In this document: positions 18,438 to 28,359 of the stretch, one piece after another | Layout of the letters: the number at the start of each line of letters is the position of its first letter | Position numbering within the stretch: the first letter of the stretch is position 1 | IMG/VR virus record: IMGVR_UViG_3300045988_132388 | DNA from: a virus | DNA: 64,000 nucleotides | Reading direction: 5' to 3' (one strand) | Notes under the pieces: generated by a model | The model's input: the letters and a program-made list of their open reading frames with translations, nothing else | The model's database searches: none | What the model was told of the DNA's origin: nothing | Made by a program: the position numbers and the translations under genes

Positions 18438-19241
18438 ATGTCAGGAATTACGCAAAATACATTGGCTCGCATCGACAAGTGGCTCTCATACGGCACGAGC
18501 ATACAGACGGCTTTTCCGAAGCTGGAGCAACGCTACCGTATGGAGGTGTGCTCGGAGTTCTACAAACGATGGGTGCGAAACAAGGACATCGACCCTCGGA
18601 CCACCTGCTGCAATATTGCCCGACGCGACTATGAGATGTTCTTCAACCGTGCGGCGCAGGGCCACAAGGATGCGCAGGAAATGGTGCTTGCGCTGAAGAT
18701 TACACTCGACGACGAGGGTAATATCCGTCCGCGCACCATTACGGAGCTCAACAACGACGTGATGGTGTGCAACCACCTGATACGTTTCTTTCAGACCGAC
18801 GAGAGTCCACGCCACAGGGCTATGTATCTGAGCAGTGCCGAGTGGTTGATACGCACGGGTAAGCAGCAGAACAACGATCGTGCGGTGGATAAGGGTATGC
18901 AAGCCTTAGCTAATGTGTATGGCAACTTCCAGGAGGAGAAGGACGCTACGGACGAGATGCCGGACATGAGTCGCATTGCCATCACGCAGGACGTGAGTAT
19001 CGTGAAGCGCGACCGCATCAACTACACCGAGGAGGAGAAGCTGCGCATGGCTCGCAAGTATGGTCTCACCACCAAAGACCTGCAGGAGATAGAGGACGAC
19101 GAGATGTTCGGCGACAAGCGCGAGGAGGAGCCGGACTATTTCGAGTATATGGAAGAGAAGGACGAGGAGGATGTGATTAGACACGGGTACATGAAAGAAA
19201 GCAAATTGACGAATCCTGAGCCAACGAATGATGCGGAATAA
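18438..19241 (+). CDS. hypothetical protein with acidic C-terminus
   Basis: The ORF track starts at a TTG at 18282. The in-frame ATG at 18438 (MSGITQNTL...) follows a TAnnTTTG box and is preferred. Confidence 0.6.
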   Translation: MSGITQNTLARIDKWLSYGTSIQTAFPKLEQRYRMEVCSEFYKRWVRNKDIDPRTTCCNIARRDYEMFFNRAAQGHKDAQEMVLALKITLDDEGNIRPRTITELNNDVMVCNHLIRFFQTDESPRHRAMYLSSAEWLIRTGKQQNNDRAVDKGMQALANVYGNFQEEKDATDEMPDMSRIAITQDVSIVKRDRINYTEEEKLRMARKYGLTTKDLQEIEDDEMFGDKREEEPDYFEYMEEKDEEDVIRHGYMKESKLTNPEPTNDAE

Positions 19242-19264
19242 ACAGAAGATATAAAAGAATAGAG

Positions 19265-20320
19265 ATGAAAATAGGACTCATAGACGTGGACGGACGACAC
19301 GGCAAAAAGAAATGGGGAGCTACGATATACCCTAACGTGGCTCTCGGCAAGATTGCACGTTGGCACACGAAGTGGGGCGACAAGGTTGAATGGGCTCAGC
19401 CTACCAACCTTTTCGACAGGCATCATTACGACATACTGTATGCCAGCAAGGTGTTCAACTTTTCGCCCGACATCGACTTTCGACAGTTCTCATTCGGCCG
19501 ACTGGAGAAGGGTGGCACTGGCTATGACATCTATAAGCGCCTGCCTGACGAGATAGACCGACTGCAACCGCTATATGAGTTGTTCCCATGGGTACCAAAG
19601 AACCATGCTTACGGCAAACTGACCGAAGGCTGTCCCAACAAGTGTTTCTGGTGTGTAGTGCCAAAGAAGGAAGGACTCATACGCCCGTACATGGATATAG
19701 AGGAGATAGCCATCGAGGGCAGAACGCACGTTGTGCTGATGGACAACAACATTCTTGCGGCGGGCGACTATGCCAAGAAGCAGCTTCAGAAGATAATCGA
19801 CCTCGGTCTGCATATCGACTTCAATCAGGCGATGGACGCACGGCTTGTCACTCCCGAATATGCCGAGCTGTTAGGCAAGGTGAAATGGATAGACTCCCGC
19901 ATCCGCTTTGGTTGCGACACCACCGCACAGATTGCAGAATGTGAGCGAGCCATGCAACTTATCAATGCGGCAGGATTCCGTGGCGAATATTTCCTATATA
20001 CCATGATAGGCGGAAAGAACGACTTTCGAGAATGTTTCCACCGTCTGCACTACTGGTGGGAGCGACTGCAACGCTTCCGCAAGAACCATGAAGGCAGAGC
20101 CGTGTATGCCTACGCACAACCATACCGCGACCCTACAAATCCCAATCACGCCATCCCCGAATGGCAGAAGGATATGGCCCGATGGTGCAACAAGCGAATG
20201 ATATTCTACGCCACCGATTTCAAGGACTTCATGCCAAGAAAAGGATTCAGGTGCGAGGAATATCTGAGGGAATACGAAGTGAACGGAAACGGAATCGAGG
20301 CATCTACTGCCTGTAGGTGA
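19265..20320 (+). CDS. radical SAM protein (second, unrelated to 3220-4326)
   Basis: 351 aa. CX3CX2C motif CPNKCFWC follows a ~120-aa N-terminal domain. Confidence 0.7.
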   Translation: MKIGLIDVDGRHGKKKWGATIYPNVALGKIARWHTKWGDKVEWAQPTNLFDRHHYDILYASKVFNFSPDIDFRQFSFGRLEKGGTGYDIYKRLPDEIDRLQPLYELFPWVPKNHAYGKLTEGCPNKCFWCVVPKKEGLIRPYMDIEEIAIEGRTHVVLMDNNILAAGDYAKKQLQKIIDLGLHIDFNQAMDARLVTPEYAELLGKVKWIDSRIRFGCDTTAQIAECERAMQLINAAGFRGEYFLYTMIGGKNDFRECFHRLHYWWERLQRFRKNHEGRAVYAYAQPYRDPTNPNHAIPEWQKDMARWCNKRMIFYATDFKDFMPRKGFRCEEYLREYEVNGNGIEASTACR

Positions 20321-20446
20321 TAGGCATCACTTGATGAAGGTAATAGCATTGTTTACATACAACAATGGGTATCGCTTTGTATGCAACTTTATAAAGTTAC
20401 TCCTTGTGAGCTATGGGGCAAGTTTTCATAAAGAAAGGAATGAATT

Positions 20447-20809
20447 ATGATAGAAAAAGAAAATATCAAGGTTGGGTTGGATTTTGTTTTGCCATATAGA
20501 GAGTTCTATGACAAGGCAGAAGAGGAGAAATATCACAATCGTTTGATAAGTGGCAATAGAGAATGGCGTGGTCAGAGATACTATACAGATATACGACTTG
20601 CTGGGGTAGATGATACAGTAATAACGGCATACCAGCCGATTTTTAGAGTTGTTGAAATAACAACAGTGGCTAACATAACTGGCGTGTATGATGTAGTTAG
20701 TATTAAAAATATAAAGAGTGCCAACGGGGATTTTGAGCAGATTGATTTCTCTTTTATAGAAGAATATGGTGAGGTTGTAATGGACAAGAAAAAAATGAAG
20801 ATATTATAA
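20447..20809 (+). CDS. hypothetical protein
   Basis: 120-aa ORF, visibly more AT-rich than its neighbours. Confidence 0.55.
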   Translation: MIEKENIKVGLDFVLPYREFYDKAEEEKYHNRLISGNREWRGQRYYTDIRLAGVDDTVITAYQPIFRVVEITTVANITGVYDVVSIKNIKSANGDFEQIDFSFIEEYGEVVMDKKKMKIL

Positions 20810-20814
20810 AAAAT

Positions 20815-21846
20815 ATGGAGTTAAACATTACGCTTTCTGAAGCATTGGAGCGAGCTTCGGAAGGACTGCGAAAGAAGATGCTTCACTCAGTGGAGCTACT
20901 GCAAAAAGCAGAGAGGATTGCTCTGAACTATGATGCCGAGAATGGATATTACTTAGCGTTTAGTGGTGGAAAGGACTCTCAAACTCTTTTCCACATAACT
21001 CAGTTAGCTGGAGTTAAATTCCACGGTCACATGAGTCTAACAAGCATTGATCCACCCGAAGTGATACGTTTCGCAAAGAAGAACTATCCCGAAGTGGAAC
21101 TGCTAAAGCCTGGCAAATCAATCTTCCAGCACGCTGTAGAAAATCAAATTCTGCCCACTATGCGTGTGCGTTGGTGTTGCGCTGAATACAAGGAGACGGC
21201 AGGTGCTGGCAAGGTTACGCTAATCGGCATCCGCAAGGCAGAGAGCACACGCCGAGCCAAGCGAAATGAGGTGGAAATAAACAACCGAAAGTTTAGCGGC
21301 GATCTTGACGGTCTCGACGAATACCGACAGGAGCAGAAGGCTAAACGTGCTCGTCGCAAATCTAAAGAGCAAGGTGTGAACATCACAAATGCTGATGAAG
21401 AAAAGACGTTAGGTTGCATCCACGGCAAAGAGAGTCTGCTGATCTCGCCCATCATCTATTGGACGGAAAAGGACGTATGGGAGTTCCTCAACGATGTAGT
21501 GAGGGTTCCACATTGCTCGCTTTACGATGAGGGTTGGCATCGCATAGGTTGCATAGGCTGCCCAATGTCGTCTGCAAAGCAGAAGCGCATCGAGAACGAA
21601 CGTTATCCGCACGTAAAACGAAACTGGATTAAGGCGATTAAAGCCATCCGAAACGGGGGGGGTATTCAAAAAAGAATATATCTGGTGGAACATCCGGAAG
21701 GACTGGATGCCTCTCAGAAATGTCAGAGGATTGCTCAGGACGCAGGCGGCTACATCAAGCATTCAGACCCAAAACACTGGATGGGGAGGAAGAATACGAG
21801 GAGCAGCTATGCCAACACCAGGGGTTTCATCCAGCTCCTCTTCTGA
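20815..21846 (+). CDS. PAPS-reductase/DndC-like PP-loop ATPase family protein
   Basis: PP-loop YLAFSGGKDSQ. A G8 tract at 21655-21662 precedes the point where the next frame stays open to 21979. Confidence 0.75.
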   Translation: MELNITLSEALERASEGLRKKMLHSVELLQKAERIALNYDAENGYYLAFSGGKDSQTLFHITQLAGVKFHGHMSLTSIDPPEVIRFAKKNYPEVELLKPGKSIFQHAVENQILPTMRVRWCCAEYKETAGAGKVTLIGIRKAESTRRAKRNEVEINNRKFSGDLDGLDEYRQEQKAKRARRKSKEQGVNITNADEEKTLGCIHGKESLLISPIIYWTEKDVWEFLNDVVRVPHCSLYDEGWHRIGCIGCPMSSAKQKRIENERYPHVKRNWIKAIKAIRNGGGIQKRIYLVEHPEGLDASQKCQRIAQDAGGYIKHSDPKHWMGRKNTRSSYANTRGFIQLLF

Positions 21847-22035
21847 CCGCTTGACAGAGGAGCAAGAGAACGAAATAGCGGAGAATATCTACGATTGGTG
21901 GATTTCGGGCAAATCATACAAACAATGGTATGCCGAGAAATTCCAACAGATGAAATTTGACTTTGGGGAGGAATTATAAACAACACAAAACAACACACAA
22001 TATGAACAACAAACTAAACGGAAAGGAGGTCCACA

Positions 22036-22629
22036 ATGGCTAAGGACTGGGTGGGCGGCTCGGCTGCTGTATTCAAGACATTAGGCGCAAGCAACCATAC
22101 GGATGCGGATCGGCAGCGGGAGGATTACTATGCCACTGAGCCGAAAGCGACGGAATGGCTGTGCAAGCTGGAGCGATTTGAGGGAAGGATATTGGAACCT
22201 TCGTGTGGCGAGGGTCACATGAGCGAGGTGCTGAAAGCAGCAGGGTATGAGGTGGTGAGCCGCGACCTTGTGGATAGAGGTTACGGTGAGGTGGCCGACT
22301 TCCTCGCAATAGACAACTTGGCGTGGAACGGAAACATCGTCACCAATCCGCCCTACAAATTCGCGCAGCAGTTTGTGGAGAAGGCCCTAAGCATCATCCC
22401 CGAAGGAAAGAAGGTGGCGATGTTCCTGAAACTGACTTTCCTTGAAGGCAAGGCGCGACGCGCTCTCTTCCGTTCTACTCCCCCCATTCGTGTTTGGGTA
22501 AGTTCGTCACGACTGAAATGTGCTCCCAACGGAGATTTCAATGCTATTGTTGGCAGCGCAGCGGCATACGCATGGTTCGTATGGGAGAAAGGATATAAAG
22601 GCGAGACAACTGTGAAATGGTTTAACTGA
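22036..22629 (+). CDS. DNA N6-adenine methyltransferase (NPPY type)
   Basis: Motif I ILEPSCGEGHM and motif IV IVTNPPYKF. Confidence 0.75.
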   Translation: MAKDWVGGSAAVFKTLGASNHTDADRQREDYYATEPKATEWLCKLERFEGRILEPSCGEGHMSEVLKAAGYEVVSRDLVDRGYGEVADFLAIDNLAWNGNIVTNPPYKFAQQFVEKALSIIPEGKKVAMFLKLTFLEGKARRALFRSTPPIRVWVSSSRLKCAPNGDFNAIVGSAAAYAWFVWEKGYKGETTVKWFN

Positions 22630-22651
22630 TAGAATTACAAAACGACAAAGC

Positions 22652-23422
22652 ATGATAGAACTGAATAAGATATATAATGAGGACTGCCTGGAAGGGATGA
22701 AACGGATTCCTGACGGGAGCGTGGATTGCATTGTGTGCGATTTGCCGTATGAAGTTCTGAACAAAGGCAATGAAAAAGTACGATGGGATAACATTATCCC
22801 GATAAAGCCTCTATTCAAGGAGTACTGGCGAATAGCGAAAACTAACGCTCCCATTATTCTCTTCGGTCAAGGAATGTTTACGGCACAGCTAATGATGGCA
22901 GAGCCAGACACATGGCGATATAATCTAATTTGGCAAAAAGACAGACCAACAGGCTTTCTTAATGCGAAGCGTATGCCTATGCGAAGCCATGAGGATATTG
23001 CTGTGTTCTACCGTGCGTTACCTACATACAATCCACAAATGAGACAGGGTTCCCCCTCTCATTCACGAGGACATAAACAAGGAAAAGCAAGGGGTAATGC
23101 TTGTTATGGCAACTATAATATTGAGACCTACTCAAAAGAAGCAACAACAGAGAAATATCCTATATCTGTATTGTTATTCGACAAAGAAAAGAATCTTGAT
23201 ATGCACCCCACCCAAAAACCTGTCGCTCTTATTCAGTATCTCATCCGTACCTACTCCAACGAGGGCGACACCATCTTGGACAACTGTATGGGCAGCGGCA
23301 CCACCGCCATTGCTTGTATAAAAGAGAAGCGCAACTTCATCGGCTTCGAGCTCAACAAGGAGTATTACGACAAAGCTTGCAAGCGCATCAAACTGGAGCT
23401 GGCGCAACCCACTCTCTTCTGA
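22652..23422 (+). CDS. DNA methyltransferase, N4/N6 beta class
   Basis: DLPY (DPPY-like) at the N-terminus. TILDNCMGSGTTAIAC...FIGFELNKEYY (AdoMet motif) at the C-terminus. Confidence 0.85.
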   Translation: MIELNKIYNEDCLEGMKRIPDGSVDCIVCDLPYEVLNKGNEKVRWDNIIPIKPLFKEYWRIAKTNAPIILFGQGMFTAQLMMAEPDTWRYNLIWQKDRPTGFLNAKRMPMRSHEDIAVFYRALPTYNPQMRQGSPSHSRGHKQGKARGNACYGNYNIETYSKEATTEKYPISVLLFDKEKNLDMHPTQKPVALIQYLIRTYSNEGDTILDNCMGSGTTAIACIKEKRNFIGFELNKEYYDKACKRIKLELAQPTLF

Positions 23423-23452
23423 CAACACAAAAAACAACACACAAAACAACAC

Positions 23453-23683
23453 ATGAGTAACAAACGGCACAAATACTTCAACAAGATTCCGCCATTCAAG
23501 CCAGATCCCGAGCACTACACTCGCAAGCAGCGCTCATGGAAGGCGAAGGAAGCTTACAAGACCGAGGATGATGCTTGGGAATATCTCAATCAGAACCCGA
23601 AGCTAAGGGCGCAGGGCATGACGGTGTATAGATGCAGGACGTGCAACAAATGGCACATAGGGCATAAGACGCACAGCGAATAA
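23453..23683 (+). CDS. small basic protein with possible zinc ribbon
   Basis: 76 aa containing YRCRTCNKWHIGH. Lies directly upstream of the large terminase. Confidence 0.5.
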   Translation: MSNKRHKYFNKIPPFKPDPEHYTRKQRSWKAKEAYKTEDDAWEYLNQNPKLRAQGMTVYRCRTCNKWHIGHKTHSE

Positions 23684-23710
23684 GGAACACAACACAAAAT
23701 CAGGATAACA

Positions 23711-25705
23711 ATGCAGCAAGCACACAACATTTACTTAACTAAATTCCAGCAGCAGTCGCTTTATATGGGGGCCAAGGACGAACGAGTGATTGCTGCCCGC
23801 CGTGTGGGTAAGACCGACGGATTGGTGGCTCCTTACGTCTGGACGGCATCAAACTCCATGCCTGGTATGCTCGGTGCATGGGTGGCAGTGTCGCGTCAGC
23901 AGGGCTTCGGCAAGACCATACCAAGTACGATGGCGGCCATGGAACGCATGTTCGGATTTACGCAGGGCATCCATTTCGGCTGGGGGCGACCGCCGAAGCA
24001 CGCGCGAGAGAGCATCTTCAAGCCTAAGAACTACGATAATTACATCTGGTTTGCCAATGGTGCCGGATGGGTGCTTATATCACTCTCGCAGACTGCCAGT
24101 GCCAACAGCTACACGTTTAGCGCGCTTGTGGGGGACGAAGCGAGGTTCTTTCCGCTAAAAAAGGTAACTGACGAGTTGCTGCCGGCTCTTTCAGGCCAGA
24201 CGCATCCGTTGGGCGACATCAACTTTACGGAGTATAATCCGATGTATAAGAGCACGCGCTTTCTCTCTGATGCTGCCCTTACAGCCAAAGGGTCGTGGCT
24301 CGAAAGAGAGGAGGAGAAGTTGGACTTGACCGTTGAGACAGGTCCATTCAAGGGCAAGACTTACCGATGGGTACAAGAGCAGTTGGAGGATTACGCCAAC
24401 AAGGTGATACGCTACAACGACCTGCTGTATAACGCCAAGAAGACCAATCACTCGGTTCATGTGGTGCCGAAGGAGCTGTGCACGATGATCCGTGCCGTGG
24501 CTCTGAAGATGATGAAACATGAAGGGCAGTTCAAGATTATGCCCAACCACGGGCAACATGTCACAAAGGGCATGGTGGAAATGGCCGTCAACTATAAGCT
24601 CATTTCGCAGGACGATGCCGAACTGATTTACGATTACGAATATCTGATTACACCGGAAGAGGATTTTGAGATGCAGATGTTCCTGCGCTCAAAGAAATTC
24701 TCTGAAGACTATCTGCGTGAGCTGCGCCGTGTGGCTTTCTGTGTGCGACGTGCGTCATCGCTCGACAATGTAGATATTTTAGGTGAAGACTATATCCGTC
24801 AGATGAAGCGAGATCTTCCGCCATACACTTTCGCGGTCTCAATTCTCAACATAAAAGTGCAGAAGTCGAACGATGGCTTCTACTCCAACCTCGACATTGA
24901 TCATGTCCACGGATATATCCCCGACGAAATAAACCCTTTATCGTCTGCCAACTTTACCACGCAAAAAGTGTCGGGCATCATCGGCGGACGGAAAGTTACA
25001 AGCGAGAGCTATCAACCCGACTTCAAGGAGTTGGGCGAGCGCAACGACTCGCGCCAGGATTCCGACTGCATCAACTCACTCCCTTTATATATAGCCCTCG
25101 ACTACAATGCCAACATCAATACGTTGGTAGTGGGACAAATATACGAGCGTGACGGCATGGAGTGTCTGAATGTCATCAAGAGTTTCTATGTAAAGAACGA
25201 GCGCAAGCTGCGTGAGTTGATTGCCGATTTCTCTGCCTATTACGCACCCAAGCGAGCCATCAACCGCGACGTGACGTATTTCTATGATGCTACGGCAAAG
25301 CAGGGCGCGTCATACGCCACCACCGACGAACGTTTCTACATGACCGTGATTGCCGAACTGGAGAAGCACGGCTGGAACGTGACGGCCATTGACATGGGCG
25401 TGCCGGAGAAGCATGAGGTTAAACATAAGGTAATCAACGATGCCTTGGCGGGTATCGAATATCCTGCCATCCGCATAAACCAGGTGAACAACCCTGACCT
25501 TATCATTGCCATGCAGCTGTGCGAGGTACAGATTTCATATAAAGGTTTCCGCAAGAACAAATCAGGAGAAAAGGAACCCGAGGCGGAAGACAACCTGCCT
25601 CTCCAGCAGCGTACCGATTTTACGGACGCTTTCGACCCCCTGTTTCTCGGCTGCAAATACTTCAGAGGAAGCCTCGGATGGTTCTGTCTGCCGAGCGGAA
25701 GATGA
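23711..25705 (+). CDS. terminase large subunit
   Basis: 664 aa. Walker A-like AARRVGKTD, Walker B-like ALVGDEARF, and a size typical of TerL. Confidence 0.7.
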   Translation: MQQAHNIYLTKFQQQSLYMGAKDERVIAARRVGKTDGLVAPYVWTASNSMPGMLGAWVAVSRQQGFGKTIPSTMAAMERMFGFTQGIHFGWGRPPKHARESIFKPKNYDNYIWFANGAGWVLISLSQTASANSYTFSALVGDEARFFPLKKVTDELLPALSGQTHPLGDINFTEYNPMYKSTRFLSDAALTAKGSWLEREEEKLDLTVETGPFKGKTYRWVQEQLEDYANKVIRYNDLLYNAKKTNHSVHVVPKELCTMIRAVALKMMKHEGQFKIMPNHGQHVTKGMVEMAVNYKLISQDDAELIYDYEYLITPEEDFEMQMFLRSKKFSEDYLRELRRVAFCVRRASSLDNVDILGEDYIRQMKRDLPPYTFAVSILNIKVQKSNDGFYSNLDIDHVHGYIPDEINPLSSANFTTQKVSGIIGGRKVTSESYQPDFKELGERNDSRQDSDCINSLPLYIALDYNANINTLVVGQIYERDGMECLNVIKSFYVKNERKLRELIADFSAYYAPKRAINRDVTYFYDATAKQGASYATTDERFYMTVIAELEKHGWNVTAIDMGVPEKHEVKHKVINDALAGIEYPAIRINQVNNPDLIIAMQLCEVQISYKGFRKNKSGEKEPEAEDNLPLQQRTDFTDAFDPLFLGCKYFRGSLGWFCLPSGR

Positions 25706-25715
25706 AAAACAACAG

Positions 25716-25749
25716 AAAAGGCAGACGTTTCGCAACGGCTGCCTTTTTT
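25716..25749 (+). terminator. rho-independent terminator
   Basis: aaaaGGCAGacg...cggCTGCCtttttt, directly after the terminase stop. Confidence 0.65.
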
Positions 25750-25827
25750 GTCCCCTTCACTAAGGGAACTCAACTATATTTTATTAAACATACCAGGTCA
25801 AACATTCTCTTTTTCTTTGCTCATTGC

Positions 25828-26155
25828 TTATCTTATTTTAAACTGCTTTGATAAAAATGAATCATTCTTTATCAAGTTGATAATTTCTTCTTCCGTATGA
25901 ATGCCTTTCCAAAATAGTTCTGTATGATCGCCAACTCGTTCTTCATCTACAGAGTATGGAACACCATAATTTGTATAAAACTCTCCATGATGTTTGATGA
26001 GATGGCGACCAGGATTCTTCCGAATATTATTTATCCAAGCATCACAGTCGCACTCACACCATATCTCATATTCTGCATTTGTCAGTGTTTTGTCAATGCC
26101 GATTGGATAATGTCCGGAACACCCATTTGTTCCAAAGTAAATAATCTCTGCCATA
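25828..26155 (-). CDS. hypothetical protein
   Basis: ORF 25828-26190 trimmed to the ATG giving MAEIIYFGTNGCSGH. Confidence 0.55.
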
Positions 26156-26205
26156 TTCTCTTCTTTTAATCCTCTCCCTGCTGTCACCAAGGAGAGGAGG
26201 GTTAG

Positions 26206-26361
26206 TTACTCTACTTCTGCAGTCTTCCAGTCTGGGTAGCCGCCCAAGTCCTTCTCTTCACCACAATTCATTTCAAGCCACTCTTGCAGACAATCCTTAA
26301 CTTCTTCTCTGTCTTCTGTGTCGTCATACGATTCAATGACAACTGTAAATTTGTATTTCAT
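26206..26361 (-). CDS. small acidic hypothetical protein (51 aa)
   Basis: Hand-translated MKYKFTVVIESYDDTEDREEVKDCLQEWLEMNCGEEKDLGGYPDWKTAEVE. Fills a gap in a co-oriented gene string. Confidence 0.35.
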   Translation of the reverse strand: MKYKFTVVIESYDDTEDREEVKDCLQEWLEMNCGEEKDLGGYPDWKTAEVE

Positions 26362-26397
26362 ATTATTACTATTTATATCCTTTGCAGGATGGGTTAA

Positions 26398-26535
26398 TTA
26401 ATCTTCTACAATAAATCCATTTTCTGTGCAAGTATCAATAGCTCTAATTGCTACCCAAATAGCTTGCCTCTGTTCATCGTCTGTAAGACTACTCCTAATC
26501 TCACACAACTTTCTCTTTGCTTCTGTTGCTTTCAT
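26398..26535 (-). CDS. small hypothetical protein (45 aa)
   Basis: Hand-translated MKATEAKRKLCEIRSSLTDDEQRQAIWVAIRAIDTCTENGFIVED. Confidence 0.35.
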   Translation of the reverse strand: MKATEAKRKLCEIRSSLTDDEQRQAIWVAIRAIDTCTENGFIVED

Positions 26536-26561
26536 ATTATTATTTTTTTGCCCGAAGGCGG

Positions 26562-26960
26562 TTAAACGCCCAACATTCTATCAATAAATTTATGCACAAC
26601 TTCTACAGCCTTGTATTCTTCTACCCTTATTTTTTTTTCATATCTGTTGCAAAGTAAGGTCAATGCGCCTCTAAGATTAATTAATTCATCTTCCGCAAGC
26701 ATCTCTTTACTTACCAAACCTTTAATAGAAGTCGAGTTGAGTTTTAAAACTTTGCTATTTACAACTTGTCTGTCTAATCCACAAAAACGTATTGCTTTAT
26801 CTATTGCATCAAACGTTGCTTCATGACAAATACAAGCATCATCATCATCCAGATATGCCATTGTATGCCACCGACATGGTATTCCACAAAAGGTATTTTT
26901 CTGAACCGAGTAACGTATTTCTCCATTAGCAAGAGTTTCTTCAACTATTCTCTTAGCCAT
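26562..26960 (-). CDS. hypothetical protein
   Basis: 132-aa ORF. Confidence 0.6.
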   Translation of the reverse strand: MAKRIVEETLANGEIRYSVQKNTFCGIPCRWHTMAYLDDDDACICHEATFDAIDKAIRFCGLDRQVVNSKVLKLNSTSIKGLVSKEMLAEDELINLRGALTLLCNRYEKKIRVEEYKAVEVVHKFIDRMLGV

Positions 26961-26962
26961 AT

Positions 26963-27139
26963 CTACACCTCCATTTCGTGATTAATTCCAAATCCAAAGA
27001 GAAGATGCTGTAATTGGTGGACGTATCGTAACTTTAGACGGAGACCATCAACTATAAAATAATTCGATTCGGGATATATTGCTATTGGTGCTGTCCCGAA
27101 AGTCAGTTCTTCTATTTTCTTGTTGTCAGTCATACTCAT
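26963..27139 (-). CDS. small hypothetical protein (58 aa)
   Basis: Hand-translated MSMTDNKKIEELTFGTAPIAIYPESNYF.... Its stop lies 2 nt before the next start. Confidence 0.35.
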   Translation of the reverse strand: MSMTDNKKIEELTFGTAPIAIYPESNYFIVDGLRLKLRYVHQLQHLLFGFGINHEMEV

Positions 27140-27141
27140 AA

Positions 27142-27837
27142 TTATTTTGTTTGCTTTTCTTTATCTTCGTCTGCAAGTATGCTCTCGACATACCTCACAA
27201 CTCTTTCATATTCTCTGCCCGACTTCTCGCCATCGGCATAAGCTTTTTTTATCAGTTCTTCGCCTGTGCCATAGAAACAGCCTACTTTCCATTTTTTATT
27301 AGAACGAGTCCATGTGAAATACCGTCCACTGCTCCAGAAATTCTTAAAGACGATGTAGTCTGTATCGTTATAGACCGTCGCATAGCCACAGACCACCGCA
27401 TTGCCATATACCTCTGCATTGCCACAGATTCTTACATTGCCATGTACCTCTGCAATGCCATAGATCATTGCGTTGCCATAGACCTCTGCATTGCCATGTA
27501 CCTCTGCAATGCCATAGATCCTTGCGTTGCCATAGACCTTTGCATAGTTATAGACATTTGCGTTACCATAGACACATGCGTTGCCATAGACCTCTGCATT
27601 GCCATAGACCTCTGCATTGCCATAGATCCCTGCGTTGCCATAGACCTTTGCATGGATATAGACCTTTGCGTTACCATAGACCCATGCGCTGCCAACGTGT
27701 GAAAGGTTTTCCTCCTTCTCTATCCAACCGCCAAGTTCTCCGGCTTTAACAGAGCCAAAATCCTTTAATGCTTTAATTCTATACAATCTGTGACCTACAT
27801 GTACAATAAATTCAGAGGTTAATTCGTACTTTTTCAT
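27142..27837 (-). CDS. hexapeptide tandem-repeat protein (about 18 x xVYGNA)
   Basis: 231 aa. A unique N-terminal domain, 18 consecutive 6-residue units (beta-helix-like periodicity) and a unique C-terminal domain. Confidence 0.75.
   Translation of the reverse strand: MKKYELTSEFIVHVGHRLYRIKALKDFGSVKAGELGGWIEKEENLSHVGSAWVYGNAKVYIHAKVYGNAGIYGNAEVYGNAEVYGNACVYGNANVYNYAKVYGNARIYGIAEVHGNAEVYGNAMIYGIAEVHGNVRICGNAEVYGNAVVCGYATVYNDTDYIVFKNFWSSGRYFTWTRSNKKWKVGCFYGTGEELIKKAYADGEKSGREYERVVRYVESILADEDKEKQTK
27360..27695. repeat. in-frame 18-nt tandem repeat array (about 18 units)
   Basis: Units such as gccatagacctctgcatt repeat head-to-tail with point variants inside CDS 27142-27837. Confidence 0.8.
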
Positions 27838-28046
27838 AATTCACTGTTGTTTTCTATATTTACTAATTACCGTCTTTATTTGTTCATTCCTGCCCCCCAA
27901 AGCCTTGGATACCATTTAGGAGAGACGGTCAATCGGTGTAGTAGTTATCTTCTTTGCAAGTCTTGCTTTCATGATCTTTTTAAATTCTTCCAAATTACCA
28001 CAACTCATCGACTATATTTTTGAGTGTAGCCATTACGGTTTTCTTA

Positions 28047-28280
28047 TCAGGATAAAGGCGGGTTTTTTTGCCGGACTATCCTAATTATATTAGAACGAGA
28101 AAGAAGAGATCCTTCTTCTTTGTTCCCACTTATAACCAAATAGCCTTGCTCTTCCAAATAATCTTTTATATCGTCGTTATCGAGACGAGCGAGAATATCA
28201 TCCGTGTTAATTCCGTCGTCCAATATCATATCTATAAGGTCGGCAACTTCGATTTCTCTTTGGATTGTTACTGTACTCAT
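28047..28280 (-). CDS. small acidic hypothetical protein
   Basis: ORF 28047-28379 trimmed to the ATG giving MSTVTIQREIEVADLIDMILDDG. Confidence 0.5.
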   Translation of the reverse strand: MSTVTIQREIEVADLIDMILDDGINTDDILARLDNDDIKDYLEEQGYLVISGNKEEGSLLSRSNIIRIVRQKNPPLS

Positions 28281-28359
28281 AATTCTTTGTCTTTGTTCCC
28301 TCCCGACAGCACACAGAAGATGAACGCTGCGAGGAGAAAGATGGTTAGTATTAGGATTG

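Noticed and set aside
21707-21979. Annotating 21707-21979 as an independent 90-aa gene
   Set aside because: Its frame is open all the way back to the G8 tract inside the PAPS-reductase-like gene. Its first 40 residues overlap that gene. It is more likely an alternative or true C-terminus than a separate gene.
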